This document shows positions 52,043-64,000 of a stretch of 64,000 bases of DNA, piece after piece. The stretch covers positions 55,453 through 119,452 of the forward strand of contig JAUCBJ010003381.1 of NCBI GenBank assembly GCA_032718475.1, read 5' to 3'. Both the position numbers and the translations under genes were made by a program. The number at the start of each line of letters is the position of its first letter. The stretch's first letter is position 1. The notes beneath the pieces were generated by a model that saw only the letters and a program-made list of their open reading frames with translations, had not been told where the DNA came from and made no database searches. The stretch is from Nemertoderma westbladi (taxonomy: Eukaryota; Animalia; Xenacoelomorpha).

Positions 52043-52900
52043 CCGCTCCAAGGGAAATCATACAATGTTTCCCTCCAATTGTAGAAGAGTATAAGGTGAT
52101 GTATACAAAACAAAATAAATTTCTTCCAACCAATCTAAATACTTGATACTATAAATCCTACTATTTACAAAATATTGCCATAGATATTGCATAATGAATT
52201 GCATACAAATTAAATTTACAAATATTATCTCTCTCATACAAATTAAATTTACAAAATATTGTTTCTCGTTCGTACTACATAATGATTACTACATACAAAA
52301 TTAAATTTACAAAATTTTACTTCCTTTATTTATTTACAAATTGACGGTCTACCTATTGAAATGGAACATGGCTAGGACAATGTCCCCCATTTCCCATCTC
52401 AAATTAACGATCAACATTAACAAGATAAACTAAATATAAACGTATTTGAGGCTAAATTTTTAACTAAATTGCATTAAAGGCCGATAATCAAACTAAATAT
52501 AAAATACGTAATAATTTCTTTCATTTTCGGACTTTACTTAATTTCTTATAAAAAACGCAAATCATATTGGTTTGATGATTGCTCAGGTAAGTGAAAGGAG
52601 TAAGCCAAACCCGCGGGTTTGTCTCCCCAATCACTTCCTTTGCCTCTTTCAATAAACTTTAGAGCAAATAAAGTCATATACACAAAATCAAATATAGTAT
52701 AAAATATTTACTATTTCCAACGGACTACAAAATAAAAGTATTTCCTTTCAATATTTTTCGGCCTTCGAAAATAAAACTCTAAAATATGGATACGACTAGT
52801 GTATATGAGTCCAGTCGAATGATTGATCAAAACCTACGATATACATCAGAGCGACGATGATGTATATGTCTAGAGTCTGTCGCTCCGTGATATTATAGTC

Positions 52901-53968
52901 TCATCGGCTAGCTCCTGGGTCTCTCGGGCTCGCTCCCCTCTCCAGATACACCAGTCTACCCCCTGTAGACTCTGTTGACGGCGTCCTTGAGGCGTCACTT
53001 CCCGGAACCGGCGACGACATTCCCTGGGCACCGACTATCTCCCGACTGGTGCTCCTCCCTCGGCCTCGTCCCATTTGCCGTGTCCCTGTGGGCGCCTCCG
53101 CCAACTCCTCTTTCTTCAACAGTAGAATGGGACTGCTCGTCCTTGGCTTGACGCTTGCCAAGGACTCCTCCTTCTGGTACTTGCCGCGAGCTGTGAGCTC
53201 CGGCTGTTGTCGCTGTGGGCGCGGCGGTCCTGATCCTCCACTCGTTCAGAGGTCAATGACCCCAAACGAGTCTCCTTAGGCCGCCAATTGTGCGCTGGGT
53301 AATAATTCTAGACGTATATATCAGAGCGACGATGATATATAAAGGATTGGACATATTCGGGCTTAATAATGCGTTCGTCGAAACTTCCCGAAATAATTTG
53401 GAGTAAATATCGTATAAACGCGGATCGTGGGTATGGTTAGTAGACGGATGGATGGCGCGAATCTCGTCTGGATACTCAGGCTTGAGTTTCCTCTCCTGGT
53501 GAAGCGAAGTGAACATGGTCCAGGAACTCGAGTCCCGTGCCGCTTCGCGCCGCGCCTCTAGGTCCTTATAGGCTCGGTATAGCGAAATGGCCGCTGTCGT
53601 CTCTATCAAACTGGGTGTCGAACAGATTTAATCTCCGTATACGGATCTAATGTCGTAACGGTCGGCGTAATGGGTCTCGGAGGTCGCCTTCCGCTAAAGT
53701 CGATACTGATCATCGGGTCGCTCATCGGGTAACCTCCCTCGTTATATCTAAGGAACTGGTGAGCTTGACAACGCATTAATATCGGTTCTGGATGTTGCTC
53801 GTCTAGTCGGTCGGGAATCGTGGGTTTGTATTTCCCATTTAGCTCCATCACCGACCGCCCATGGTAGTAAACGTTCGAATCTTTACATCCCGGTCGCGCG
53901 AATGGTAACTCCGCCTCCTCTCCGGCAGTAAATCCTCTGCGCGGTTGCGCTCTAATATCCTTCTCCAT
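52901..53968 (-). pseudogene. Additional coding-like region between integrase and LTR (three abutting ORFs), function unknown
   Basis: GC-richer block with ATG at 53968. ORFs 53606-53968, 53253-53609 and 52901-53161 are on the element's sense strand. Confidence 0.45.
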
Positions 53969-54730
53969 TATGCCCCGCGTATATACATATATAACCCAAT
54001 AAGTGTTCCGTTACGCAAACCAATTACACTGTGGGTAATCAGTTAGATGTCGCCGAAGGACAGACCTCCCGAACCACCCCCGCTGCCTTCCAGCAGTTCA
54101 GGTTCGACTCTCTAGATCCCGTCTCTTCCTAACTAACTATCCTCTAACCTATTCCCATGCATAGCGCAAAAACTTTGGAGATAAACTGGCCGTGACCAAC
54201 TCACTTTTTGATGCCCAAACTACTCCCATTACTCGTACTAAACTACAGTAGTTAGAAAGGACTATAGCCACAATACTCGACTATACCAAACCCACAGGTT
54301 TGATAATCGAACATCACACATCACTGCAAACTACTGAGTGGGGTCCATGTACGCCTCTGGTGCTACTAACCTTTAGCACCTTAGTTGCACTGTTGGCACC
54401 AATCTGTGGAAGTTGCTAAACTCAATTTACACTCCTACGTAATATAGCCGTCACCATGGTTTCTAAATGCTATTTTCCAGGCTTCACGACTTTTCAAATT
54501 ACTGTATATCTATAGACGAATTCTAAAACGCGTCTATACACAGCGTCTGGAATTGTCTTGGGTTCACTTTTCTAATTTTAAAATTTTTAATTTTCCAAAA
54601 TATTTTTGAAATAAAATTTTGTTTTGATACCCACCAGACAAAACTCGACGCAAATCACCACAACCCCGCTCCTATGCATTTCCTTGTATTTGCATACGAG
54701 GAATGCATATGAAGTGAGTTGCGACCAACA

Positions 54731-56674
54731 CTAATTCTGTTTTGAGGCAGGAGACAAATTATAATCTCCCGTCTCGATACGTGTCTCCTCTAATAACACG
54801 ATATCTTGGACCGGTCGGTCCAAGGTGTGTAAACCATTAGTTTTACACTTCTTTGGGTGCGGACACTTGCACCTAATTTTCACAGTGACTGTGCGCACTA
54901 TGTTTTGCGTTTCTGGGTGTGTGTGCAAGATGACTCCCGTCTCCCAATACTTTCTCTTGACAATCGGCTCGGTTATCAATACGTAATCTCCTCTTTGGAG
55001 ACTCCGAACCGTTTTGTACCACTTTGTTCTGGTGGATATGGTGGGAAGATAATATTCCCGCCAATATTCCCAGAATTTGTACGCGACTAATTGTGTTACT
55101 TTCCAGCTCTTACGACTATATAGGTCGGCACTAACGGGTTCTGATGCCGGCACAAGAAATGCTGGACTCTGCATTAGCAAATGATTCGGCGTTAATGCAA
55201 CACCGTCTGGCAACATAGCTATCGGCCTCGAGTTTAGGGTATGCTCGATTTCGATGAAAGCTGTGACCAGTTCGTCGTCGGTAAGTTGTTTGTTCACAGG
55301 CAATGTTTTAGCAATGGCCTGTTTTACAGAGCGAACTAAACGCTCCCAACTTCCTCCTCTCCAAGGACTTTCTGGAGTATTGAATCTCCACTCTACTCTT
55401 TGCGGCAAAAGTGCTGCAGAAATTTCCTTATTCTGTGCCGCTTTATGAGCCGCGTTCAACTCGCTATTCCCCCCGACAAAGTTTGTACCCTTATCGGAGT
55501 AGAACGCCTTTACTAGTCCTCTCCTGGCCATAAATCTCTTTAAGGCCAGGAGCAGAGATTTGGTCGACATGTCTGCCACACGCTCGATATGTATGGCTCT
55601 ACTAGCCATACATGTCAGTAGCAGACCCCATCGCTTGTGGGTCAGCCGTCCACTCTTTGCTTCAATCGGACCAAAACAGTCCACCCCTGTGTTCGTAAAG
55701 GGTGGGTCATATGCCTGCACTCTCGCTTCCGGGAGTTCAGCCATCTCCTGTTCCAATACTCTGGCGTTCACTCTCTTGCAAACCAGACAGGCGTCGTACA
55801 TAGTGCCGACTGCCCTGCTTGGCTGCAATAGAATGAATCGCTGTCTCGCTGCCGACAGACAGTGTAACCTTCCCGCGTGATGCAACCTCTTGTGTATATC
55901 CCATAGAATCGCTCTTTGCAATTCTATTGGGTGACTAGGGATTATCACTGGGAACCTAAACTGTGAGTTTACGTCGACAGTCTGGATTCTCGATCTATGA
56001 CAAATCAAACCCTTATGGATTAATGAACTCCATTTTCTAAGGGGTTTATAGAGAACTGGTCGTTGAGCTGATAATAGATGGAATTCTTTCGGGAAGGCAC
56101 ACATTTGATAATGCTTCAAATGCTTTAATTCCGCTTGATCAATCTCATCCTCTGTCAGAGGTTGTTTCAATTTCTGAATTCGCTCACTATTGGTGCTCAA
56201 TGGTTCTCTCAAATGTTTCGATTGTTTTATACAAAGGTACGAAACGTATCGGCTTAACCACGCAGTTCTTTTACAAATTGTCAGCCAAGAGGCAGACGAA
56301 TTTAGTAATTTGTCATAAACACTGCATGACTCTAATGCCAGCGACGGTTGTCCGCTAACTAATGGAAGTTTCGAATCCAAACCCGCAGGTTTGGAAACCA
56401 AAGGCTCCATTGTGTCGGTCATTTTCTGTCCGTCACTTACCAACTGTGACCCTTGTCTAGGCTGTAAGGGTGGTTTGATGTCATAACTTACCCTTCCGGA
56501 CCTAGTAGTCACGTAAGTCTGTTGGTCTGACAGGTCTCCGGGCCGCTCCAATGACTCTTCAGGTCGCTCCAATGACTCTTCAGGCCACTCCAATGACTTA
56601 AGTTTGGCTTTAGACTTCGACTTAGAGACTTTCTCCACTTTGACTTCTGCATCTTCAGGCATTGGATTGGTCAC
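54731..56674 (-). CDS. pol: BEL/Pao integrase region (frameshifted from RT/RNase H)
   Basis: H...HAG...CLVC zinc motif, GVDCFGP, SDKGTNF, GSWERLVRSVK, LNSRP, FWEYWREYY. Confidence 0.92.
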   Translation of the reverse strand: MTNPMPEDAEVKVEKVSKSKSKAKLKSLEWPEESLERPEESLERPGDLSDQQTYVTTRSGRVSYDIKPPLQPRQGSQLVSDGQKMTDTMEPLVSKPAGLDSKLPLVSGQPSLALESCSVYDKLLNSSASWLTICKRTAWLSRYVSYLCIKQSKHLREPLSTNSERIQKLKQPLTEDEIDQAELKHLKHYQMCAFPKEFHLLSAQRPVLYKPLRKWSSLIHKGLICHRSRIQTVDVNSQFRFPVIIPSHPIELQRAILWDIHKRLHHAGRLHCLSAARQRFILLQPSRAVGTMYDACLVCKRVNARVLEQEMAELPEARVQAYDPPFTNTGVDCFGPIEAKSGRLTHKRWGLLLTCMASRAIHIERVADMSTKSLLLALKRFMARRGLVKAFYSDKGTNFVGGNSELNAAHKAAQNKEISAALLPQRVEWRFNTPESPWRGGSWERLVRSVKQAIAKTLPVNKQLTDDELVTAFIEIEHTLNSRPIAMLPDGVALTPNHLLMQSPAFLVPASEPVSADLYSRKSWKVTQLVAYKFWEYWREYYLPTISTRTKWYKTVRSLQRGDYVLITEPIVKRKYWETGVILHTHPETQNIVRTVTVKIRCKCPHPKKCKTNGLHTLDRPVQDIVLLEETRIETGDYNLSPASKQN

Positions 56675-58976
56675 TATCTTCAGGCCAATGTTCCTGTGTC
56701 CTCGTTAGAAAATCAGGTCCATGCAACCAAAACTCCTGCGACTCTTCCCGACAAAATTCCGCCGGCATTGCACCTCTCGAAGTTATGTCGGCCGGGTTCA
56801 ACACTCCCGGACAATGTCTCCATTGTTCCTTCGTCGAAAAGTCAACGATCTGAGCGCGTCTATTGGCCACAAATGTCTTTAGTGCAATATTGTCGGCCGC
56901 AATGTATACTAACACTAAGGATGCGTCCGTCCAATAGAATAAGGTCAATGTCGTGTCTAACTCCTCAGTTATTTGCTTACTTACCTCGACTGAAACTACA
57001 GCCGCCTGTAACTCTGCACGAGGGACAGTCATGTATTTGACCGGCATAGTCTTTGATCTAGAAGTCACAAAGGCCGTCTCAAACTTGTCCTGACTTACCT
57101 CTCGGCGAAGGTAGGCTGCCATACCAAAGCCGGTGTCACTTGCGTCACTAAATAGGTGGAGCTCTAAATCAGCTGGGAATACCAGCTGATTCGGAAAGTA
57201 GGAACGGGGTACATCTATATTTTTCAATAGATGTAACTCGGCTTCCCACTCTCTCCACTGCTTTGCATGTATAGGAGATATTGGTTCGTCCCACTCTACG
57301 TCGGACAACCAAATTTTCCTCATGCACGCTCGTGCCTGTAATATTACCGGACTGATAAAGTTCATCGGGTCAAATAGTCTACTTAATGTCGATAAGCAAA
57401 TTCTCTTTGTCAAAACTTTGTCTGGGCTACTGGGCTCAAATCTAACTCTTACCTGGAACTTATCCGAGTTCGGATTCCAAGCGAGTCCCAGTACTCGCGC
57501 CATGGGGATTGGTTCTACCCCCAATTCTATGTCTCCGCTCCCGCGATCTTTCACCGGGAACGACTCTAATAGGGCCTCCGAATTCGTAGTGAACTTGGTT
57601 AGAGGGAAACCCCCTGTAGCCAAGCACTCTTGCAGGCCGTGAGCCACTTCTATGGCTTGTTCCGCCGTGTCCTTGGACACCAATCCGTCGTCCATATAGA
57701 AGTTTCTCAAGATGGACTCGATTACTTCTACTGGGTACTTACCAATCTGGGCTGTTGCCGTTTTCTTTAGAACAAACAGCGTGCCGTTTGGACTATCGCG
57801 GGCGCCAAATATCCTAACGTACATTTGGTATGTAACCACTGGGCCGGATAAGTCTTCATTCTCAAACCAGAGAAATCGAAGGCTATCCTGGTCTGCCTTA
57901 CAGGCTCTTACCTGGAGGAACATCGCCTCGATGTCACAAGTAAATGCGAATCGCCGCTGTCTAAAACGCAACAGTATTCCAATCAAATAATTGTTCAGGT
58001 TGGGACCATCCATCAACTCTGAATTCAGGGACATACCTCTATAGACTGCTGCGCAGTCGTTGACTACTCGGACTTTGTCTGGCTTGTCAGGGTGAGTCAC
58101 ATAGTGGTGTGGAAGGTAATAAGTCTGGTCTGTCACTAAGTCAGGGTCCTCCACCTTCCCAGCAAATCCCTTGGCGAAATAGTTGTTGATCTGGGCGCAA
58201 TACTTCTCCCTAATGCCTGGATTCTTTAACAACCGAGCCCTTACTCCGTTCAATCTTTTCAAGGCTAAGTTGTAGTTGTTCTCCAACTTAGGAGGTTGTC
58301 GACGCCACAACATTCCAACTTCAAAATGTCCAGTCGGTAGCAGACGTATGGTATCTTCCATCATCTCCAGCGACCGCTTCTCATCAGTAGACATGGCTAG
58401 GTCATATCCACCGGGTTCCATTGCGTCCCTATCCAGCCATTCGACGGTTCTGGCTCCTGTCTCGAGGTCCTGGCGTATCAATTCCTTCTGTAATTCCTCC
58501 TCACTGTATTGGAAAATGTCTAGGTCTCGATATTTAGCCACTTGACCCTCCACTATGTCTGTATAAGTCAAAACGTTAGTCAGATAAGTAGCGTGGGCCG
58601 CTGAACCAGACCCACGGGTCTGATAACAGTAGTCCTCGGGTTCACTATCTGTCCGGTCGTTGTGAAGTGGTTCCGACAACCTAACATTATCGGGAATCAA
58701 CTCCTCGTCCGACTCGCTAAAGTCACTATAGTGGTCAATACAGGTTCTCCTAAACTCGTCTATGTCTGGTGGTTCTACTAACGGTGGTTGAGTTATAGGC
58801 TGTAATTCATCGTATCTGTTCATTGGCTTGTCGCCACCTGTAAACTCATAAGACATGGGTACTCTTGTATACCAACCTAGTATGGTCCTATGGGCATGTG
58901 GTCCATTGACATGCGGCTCAGCTGGTCTCGTTTCCCATATCTGGTGTGCGATCAGCTGTTCTGCACCAATCAACAT
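56655..58976 (-). CDS. pol: BEL/Pao protease C-terminus, RT and RNase H
   Basis: LIG, YYLPHH, KVRVVND, DIEAMFLQV, FYMDD, FSDAS, PRAELQAA, WTDA, NPAD. Confidence 0.93.
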   Translation of the reverse strand: MLIGAEQLIAHQIWETRPAEPHVNGPHAHRTILGWYTRVPMSYEFTGGDKPMNRYDELQPITQPPLVEPPDIDEFRRTCIDHYSDFSESDEELIPDNVRLSEPLHNDRTDSEPEDYCYQTRGSGSAAHATYLTNVLTYTDIVEGQVAKYRDLDIFQYSEEELQKELIRQDLETGARTVEWLDRDAMEPGGYDLAMSTDEKRSLEMMEDTIRLLPTGHFEVGMLWRRQPPKLENNYNLALKRLNGVRARLLKNPGIREKYCAQINNYFAKGFAGKVEDPDLVTDQTYYLPHHYVTHPDKPDKVRVVNDCAAVYRGMSLNSELMDGPNLNNYLIGILLRFRQRRFAFTCDIEAMFLQVRACKADQDSLRFLWFENEDLSGPVVTYQMYVRIFGARDSPNGTLFVLKKTATAQIGKYPVEVIESILRNFYMDDGLVSKDTAEQAIEVAHGLQECLATGGFPLTKFTTNSEALLESFPVKDRGSGDIELGVEPIPMARVLGLAWNPNSDKFQVRVRFEPSSPDKVLTKRICLSTLSRLFDPMNFISPVILQARACMRKIWLSDVEWDEPISPIHAKQWREWEAELHLLKNIDVPRSYFPNQLVFPADLELHLFSDASDTGFGMAAYLRREVSQDKFETAFVTSRSKTMPVKYMTVPRAELQAAVVSVEVSKQITEELDTTLTLFYWTDASLVLVYIAADNIALKTFVANRRAQIVDFSTKEQWRHCPGVLNPADITSRGAMPAEFCREESQEFWLHGPDFLTRTQEHWPEDSDQSNA

Positions 58977-58993
58977 AGAAACATTCCTATAAC

Positions 58994-60371
58994 CTACCTG
59001 GTGTCTGGGTATCCTGAGCTTGTCAAATACTCCTGTGCTATGGGACTCATCGGCGGCACCTTACCTAACTGCCTGCCGAATCCCTTCATAGCTAGACACT
59101 TAAATCCGTCCAATGGCAAAGCTTTCCGTTCTTGTCGAGTGTGTTGGTCTCTCGGAAGTAGGGAATCTAGTTCTACCGAAATTCTGTATCCCTTGAGGTC
59201 TCCTACCCCGTGCATAGACTTCAACTCTATTTGGATCTCCTCGGCGTCCTGGAAGCTAGAAACGGCTCTCGCCACTTCTTCATCAATATAAGATAATGTG
59301 GACGCAGTGTCCAACATCACATATATCCGCTTTGATCCCTTATCGCCAGTGAGTTTCACCGGAATCACGCTAAATATTTCCGACGTGGCCGATGATAAAT
59401 ACGTCCACGCGCTGGTCGATGAACTATCCGCGGTGAAACCTTGGCAGGTCACTTCTCTCGCGCTCGACTCGCCATCTTCGTCCGACGAACCTGGTTGATA
59501 ACCATCGTCCTGGATGCCAGTGTACGTATTCCTCCTTATCGATACGGGTTCTTTGCTCCCCTTCCTGTGAGGATTTCGCTGTAAGTAACAGTCCGTTGGG
59601 GTATGGAAATCCGCATGTAGCAACTTGTGATGTAGTCTGCCGCATTCCATGCATCCGTCCTTGCTGTTCGGGCACTGCCGCCGTACATGGCCTGGCGCAA
59701 GACATGCCCAACAGGTGTCCAACGTCCGCACTTGAACTCTTCTCTGTTCCGAATTTAATTCTTTGAACCGTCTGCAACTATCTAACTTATGGTCGTCAGA
59801 TCTTACCTCCTTTAGTAAACAGTATTGGCAACCTACAAATCCATCCAGCAACTCCTGTTGCTTTAACCTAGGTCTATCTAACCGCTCACCTGACCATACT
59901 CGCGAGTCTGATCTAAAGGCTGGGGTACTCGAATTATATCTGTCTACTGAGTTAAATGTCACAGTGGTCCTGTCATCGTCAAAACTTACCATAGACTTAC
60001 CGGTAACAGGTTTAGACTCTCTCATATTCTCCTCTGAGAAGTTTGATTTCATCTCTGCTACTGCGTCTGTGGCTATCATGTCATGAATATGCTGAAGTGT
60101 CAATACTTTACCTTGGCCCTCCAACTTATTCTCTAATTTGCGCCATTTCTGTCTGTAACGCATGTTTAAACGTCTTATTACGCTCTTTAAAACTTCGGCG
60201 TGATCACCATGATGAGGTAGATTCACCGTCCTCAGGATGTCCAATGCGTTCGAAATAGCGTTCGCTAAGTTCAACAGCTCTAACGGAGTTGTAATCCTTC
60301 CGCCCTTACCCAAGTCTTCTACTATCGACTGTGCCATCTTGGTTTTATTCCCGTAGATGTCACTAAGCGTC
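58994..60371 (-). pseudogene. gag: Duplicated gag C-terminal half plus protease N-terminus
   Basis: CWACLAPGHVRRQC, CMECGRLHHKLLH and VMLDTASTLSYI. Begins at the duplication junction. Confidence 0.88.
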
Positions 60372-62057
60372 CGACTCTACGTCGGACAACCAAATTTTCC
60401 TCATGCACGCTCGTGCCTGTAATATTACCGGACTGATAAAGTTCATCGGGTCAAATAGTCTACTTAATGTCGATAAGCAAATTCTCTTTGTCAAAACTTT
60501 GTCTGGGCTACTGGGCTCAAATCTAACTCTTACCTGGAACTTATCCGAGTTCGGATTCCAAGCGAGTCCCAGTACTCGCGCCATGGGGATTGGTTCTACC
60601 CCCAATTCTATGTCTCCGCTCCCGCGATCTTTCACCGGGAACGACTCTAATAGGGCCTCCGAATTCGTAGTGAACTTGGTTAGAGGGAAACCCCCTGTAG
60701 CCAAGCACTCTTGCAGGCCGTGAGCCACTTCTATGGCTTGTTCCGCCGTGTCCTTGGACACCAATCCGTCGTCCATATAGAAGTTTCTCAAGATGGACTC
60801 GATTACTTCTACTGGGTACTTACCAATCTGGGCTGTTGCCGTTTTCTTTAGAACAAACAGCGTGCCGTTTGGACTATCGCGGGCGCCAAATATCCTAACG
60901 TACATTTGGTATGTAACCACTGGGCCGGATAAGTCTTCATTCTCAAACCAGAGAAATCGAAGGCTATCCTGGTCTGCCTTACAGGCTCTTACCTGGAGGA
61001 ACATCGCCTCGATGTCACAAGTAAATGCGAATCGCCGCTGTCTAAAACGCAACAGTATTCCAATCAAATAATTGTTCAGGTTGGGACCATCCATCAACTC
61101 TGAATTCAGGGACATACCTCTATAGACTGCTGCGCAGTCGTTGACTACTCGGACTTTGTCTGGCTTGTCAGGGTGAGTCACATAGTGGTGTGGAAGGTAA
61201 TAAGTCTGGTCTGTCACTAAGTCAGGGTCCTCCACCTTCCCAGCAAATCCCTTGGCGAAATAGTTGTTGATCTGGGCGCAATACTTCTCCCTAATGCCTG
61301 GATGCTTTAACAACCGAGCCCTTACTCCGTTCAATCTTTTCAAGGCTAAGTTGTAGTTGTTCTCCAACTTAGGAGGTTGTCGACGCCACAACATTCCAAC
61401 TTCAAAATGTCCAGTCGGTAGCAGACGTATGGTATCTTCCATCATCTCCAGCGACCGCTTCTCATCAGTAGACATGGCTAGGTCATATCCACCGGGTTCC
61501 ATTGCGTCCCTATCCAGCCATTCGACGGTTCTGGCTCCTGTCTCAAGGTCCTGGCGTATCAATTCCTTCTGTAATTCCTCCTCACTGTATTGGAAAATGT
61601 CTAGGTCTCGATATTTAGCCACTTGACCCTCCACTATGTCTGTATAAGTCAAAACGTTAGTCAGATAAGTAGCGTGGGCCGCTGAACCAGACCCACGGGT
61701 CTGATAACAGTAGTCCTCGGGTTCACTATCTGTCCGGTCGTTGTGAAGTGGTTCCGACAACCTAACATTATCGGGAATCAACTCCTCGTCCGACTCGCTA
61801 AAGTCACTATAGTGGTCAATACAGGTTCTCCTAAACTCGTCTATGTCTGGTGGTTCTACTAACGGTGGTTGAGTTATAGGCTGTAATTCATCGTATCTGT
61901 TCATTGGCTTGTCGCCACCTGTAAACTCATAAGACATGGGTACTCTTGTATACCAACCTAGTATGGTCCTATGGGCATGTGGTCCATTGACATGCGGCTC
62001 AGCTGGTCTCGTTTCCCATATCTGGTGTGCGATCAGCTGTTCTGCACCAATCAACAT
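60363..62057 (-). pseudogene. pol: Upstream copy of RT, truncated at the duplication junction
   Basis: Essentially identical to 56655-58976 up to WLSDVE, then SDA-stop. Confidence 0.9.
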
Positions 62058-62074
62058 AGAAACATTCCTATAAC

Positions 62075-64000
62075 CTACCTGGTGTCTGGGTATCCTGAGC
62101 TTGTCAAATACTCCTGTGCTATGGGACTCATCGGCGGCACCTTACCTAACTGCCTGCCGAATCCCTTCATAGCTAGACACTTAAATCCGTCCAATGGCAA
62201 AGCTTTCCGTTCTTGTCGAGTGTGTTGGTCTCTCGGAAGTAGGGAATCTAGTTCTACCGAAATTCTGTGTCCCTTGAGGTCTCCTACCCCGTGCATAGAC
62301 TTCAACTCTATTTGGATCTCCTCGGCGTCCTGGAAGCTAGAAACGGCTCTCGCCACTTCTTCGTCAATATAAGATAATGTGGACGCAGTGTCCAACATCA
62401 CATATATCCGCTTTGATCCCTTATCGCCAGTGAGTTTCACCGGAATCACGCTAAATATTTCCGACGTGGCCGATGATAAATACGTCCACGCGCTGGTCGA
62501 TGAACTATCCGCGGTGAAACCTTGGCAGGTCACTTCTCTCGCGCTCGACTCGCCATCTTCGTCCGACGAACCTGGTTGATAACCATCGTCCTGGATGCCA
62601 GTGTACGTATTCCTCCTTATCGATACGGGTTCTTTGCTCCCCTTCCTGTGAGGATTTCGCTATAAGTAACAGTCCGTTGGGGTATGGAAATCCGCATGTA
62701 GCAACTTGTGATGTAGTCTGCCGCATTCCATGCATCCGTCCTTGCTGTTCGGGCACTGCCGCCGTACATGGCCTGGCGCAAGACATGCCCAACAGGTGTC
62801 CAACGTCCGCACTTGAACTCTTCTCTGTTCCGAATTTAATTCTTTGAACCGTCTGCAACTATCTAACTTATGGTCGTCAGATCTTACCTCCTTTAGTAAA
62901 CAGTATTGGCAACCTACAAATCCATCCAGCAACTCCTGTTGCTTTAACCTAGGTCTATCTAACCGCTCACCTGACCATACTCGCGAGTCTGATCTAAAGG
63001 CTGGGGTACTCGAATTATATCTGTCTACTGAGTTAAATGTCACAGTGGTCCTGTCATCGTCAAAACTTACCATAGACTTACCGGTAACAGGTTTAGACTC
63101 TCTCATATTCTCCTCTGAGAAGTTTGATTTCATCTCTGCTACTGCGTCTGTGGCTATCATGTCATGAATATGCTGAAGTGTCAATACTTTACCTTGGCCC
63201 TCCAACTTATTCTCTAATTTGCGCCATTTCTGTCTGTAACGCATGTTTAAACGTCTTATTACGCTCTTTAAAACTTCGGCGTGATCACCATGATGAGGTA
63301 GATTCACCGTCCTCAGGATGTCCAATGCGTTCGAAAAAGCGTTCGCTAAGTTCAACAGCTCTAACGGAGTTGTAATCCTTCCGCCCTTACCCAAGTCTTC
63401 TACTATCGACTGTGCCATCTTGGTTTTATTCCCGTAGATGTCACTAAGCGTCTTCATCACTAACTCGAATGCTCTTTCGTTGCCGACGAAGTTATCAGCA
63501 ATGGCTCTAGGTTCTCGATGGAGCATCTGAAGCAAATAGTTGAACTTCTCGTTGGGAGTAAAGGTGCTGTTGGTCAGCTGCTCGTCGACATAGGTTCTAA
63601 AGGTCCTCCAGTGCTTATGGTTGCCCATAAACCTTTGGGGTTGTTGCGTCGGCAGTCCTTGCCTAGCAGCAAACTTACCTATGTCTCTAAGGGTTGCGTC
63701 GTTCCGGGTTAACAAATGGTTTAGTTCCGCAGGGTTGTTAAGTCTGGTCCTTTCCCGGTGGTTCCAACTTACCTGCTCCGCGTCCGTCCTTCTTTCCTTA
63801 TAGTTTCGGGACTTCTGACGTCTCATGTCTTCCTCTTCATCGCTTGATTCGGTGTCAGTCCTTAGCGCTCGTGTTGGTTTGCGCGCCGAGGCCCTGACCC
63901 AAGCCTCCTGTATAAATTTCTCGGCTGAGTTTTCGAAATTGGGATTATGAATATTCGGGACAGGCGTCCTTACCTGAGGTCTATGTGGTATAGTCTCCTC
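62075..64000 (-). pseudogene. gag: BEL/Pao gag-protease with a premature stop at 62660; may continue upstream of 63826
   Basis: FMGNHKHWRTF...EKFNYL...YGN (BEL gag core), three Cys/His knuckles and the DTA protease motif. CAG is changed to TAG relative to the other copy. Confidence 0.9.

Larger units (their letters stand above)
57287..63452. repeat. 3081-bp tandem duplication inside the BEL element
   Basis: Constant offset of 3081 (e.g. ORFs 57322/60403 and 58276/61357). Junction at 60368-60371. Confidence 0.95.
50004..64000 (-). mobile_element. BEL/Pao LTR retrotransposon, extending beyond the window end
   Basis: Order gag (three Cys/His knuckles) - PR - RT - RNase H - IN on the minus strand with BEL-type motifs. 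Helicase homology stops abruptly at 50003. Confidence 0.93.

Noticed and set aside
54857-63803. Numerous short plus-strand and alternative-frame ORFs in the BEL element
   Set aside because: Antisense or shadow frames of gag-pol with no independent motifs.

Overview
This is an AT-rich eukaryotic (probably invertebrate animal) window made almost entirely of nested mobile DNA. I found no host housekeeping gene, rRNA, tRNA or CRISPR array. Main contents: (1) An uninterrupted single-exon ~770-aa ORF (10382-12694, minus strand) with a 12-aa Pro-rich repeat, two C2H2 fingers and a C-terminal tyrosine-recombinase (YR) domain. Its 3' half and downstream flank are duplicated as a ~2.1-kb inverted arm (16972-19065). 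(2) A set of direct segmental duplications (6-28 kb) with breakpoints at (TA)n tracts and microhomologies. (3) Four LINE remnants, several MITE/foldback elements and a DNA-transposase fragment. (4) A decayed spliced Pro-rich gene built from tandemly duplicated phase-1 exons (40.3-42.5 kb), followed by a ~5.7-kb degenerate, non-canonical Helitron-like HUH-Rep/PIF1-helicase gene. (5) A BEL/Pao LTR retrotransposon (50004 to beyond 64000, minus strand) inserted into that helicase, with a ~2-kb putative LTR, an extra non-env ORF region and a 3081-bp internal tandem duplication. The most intriguing signal is a ~68-bp repeat lying upstream of both the YR gene and the Rep-helicase gene in the same relative orientation. 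This could indicate a large YR + rolling-circle-replicase element, but independent MITE insertions remain a live alternative. Family assignments come from motif recognition by eye, not from database searches.
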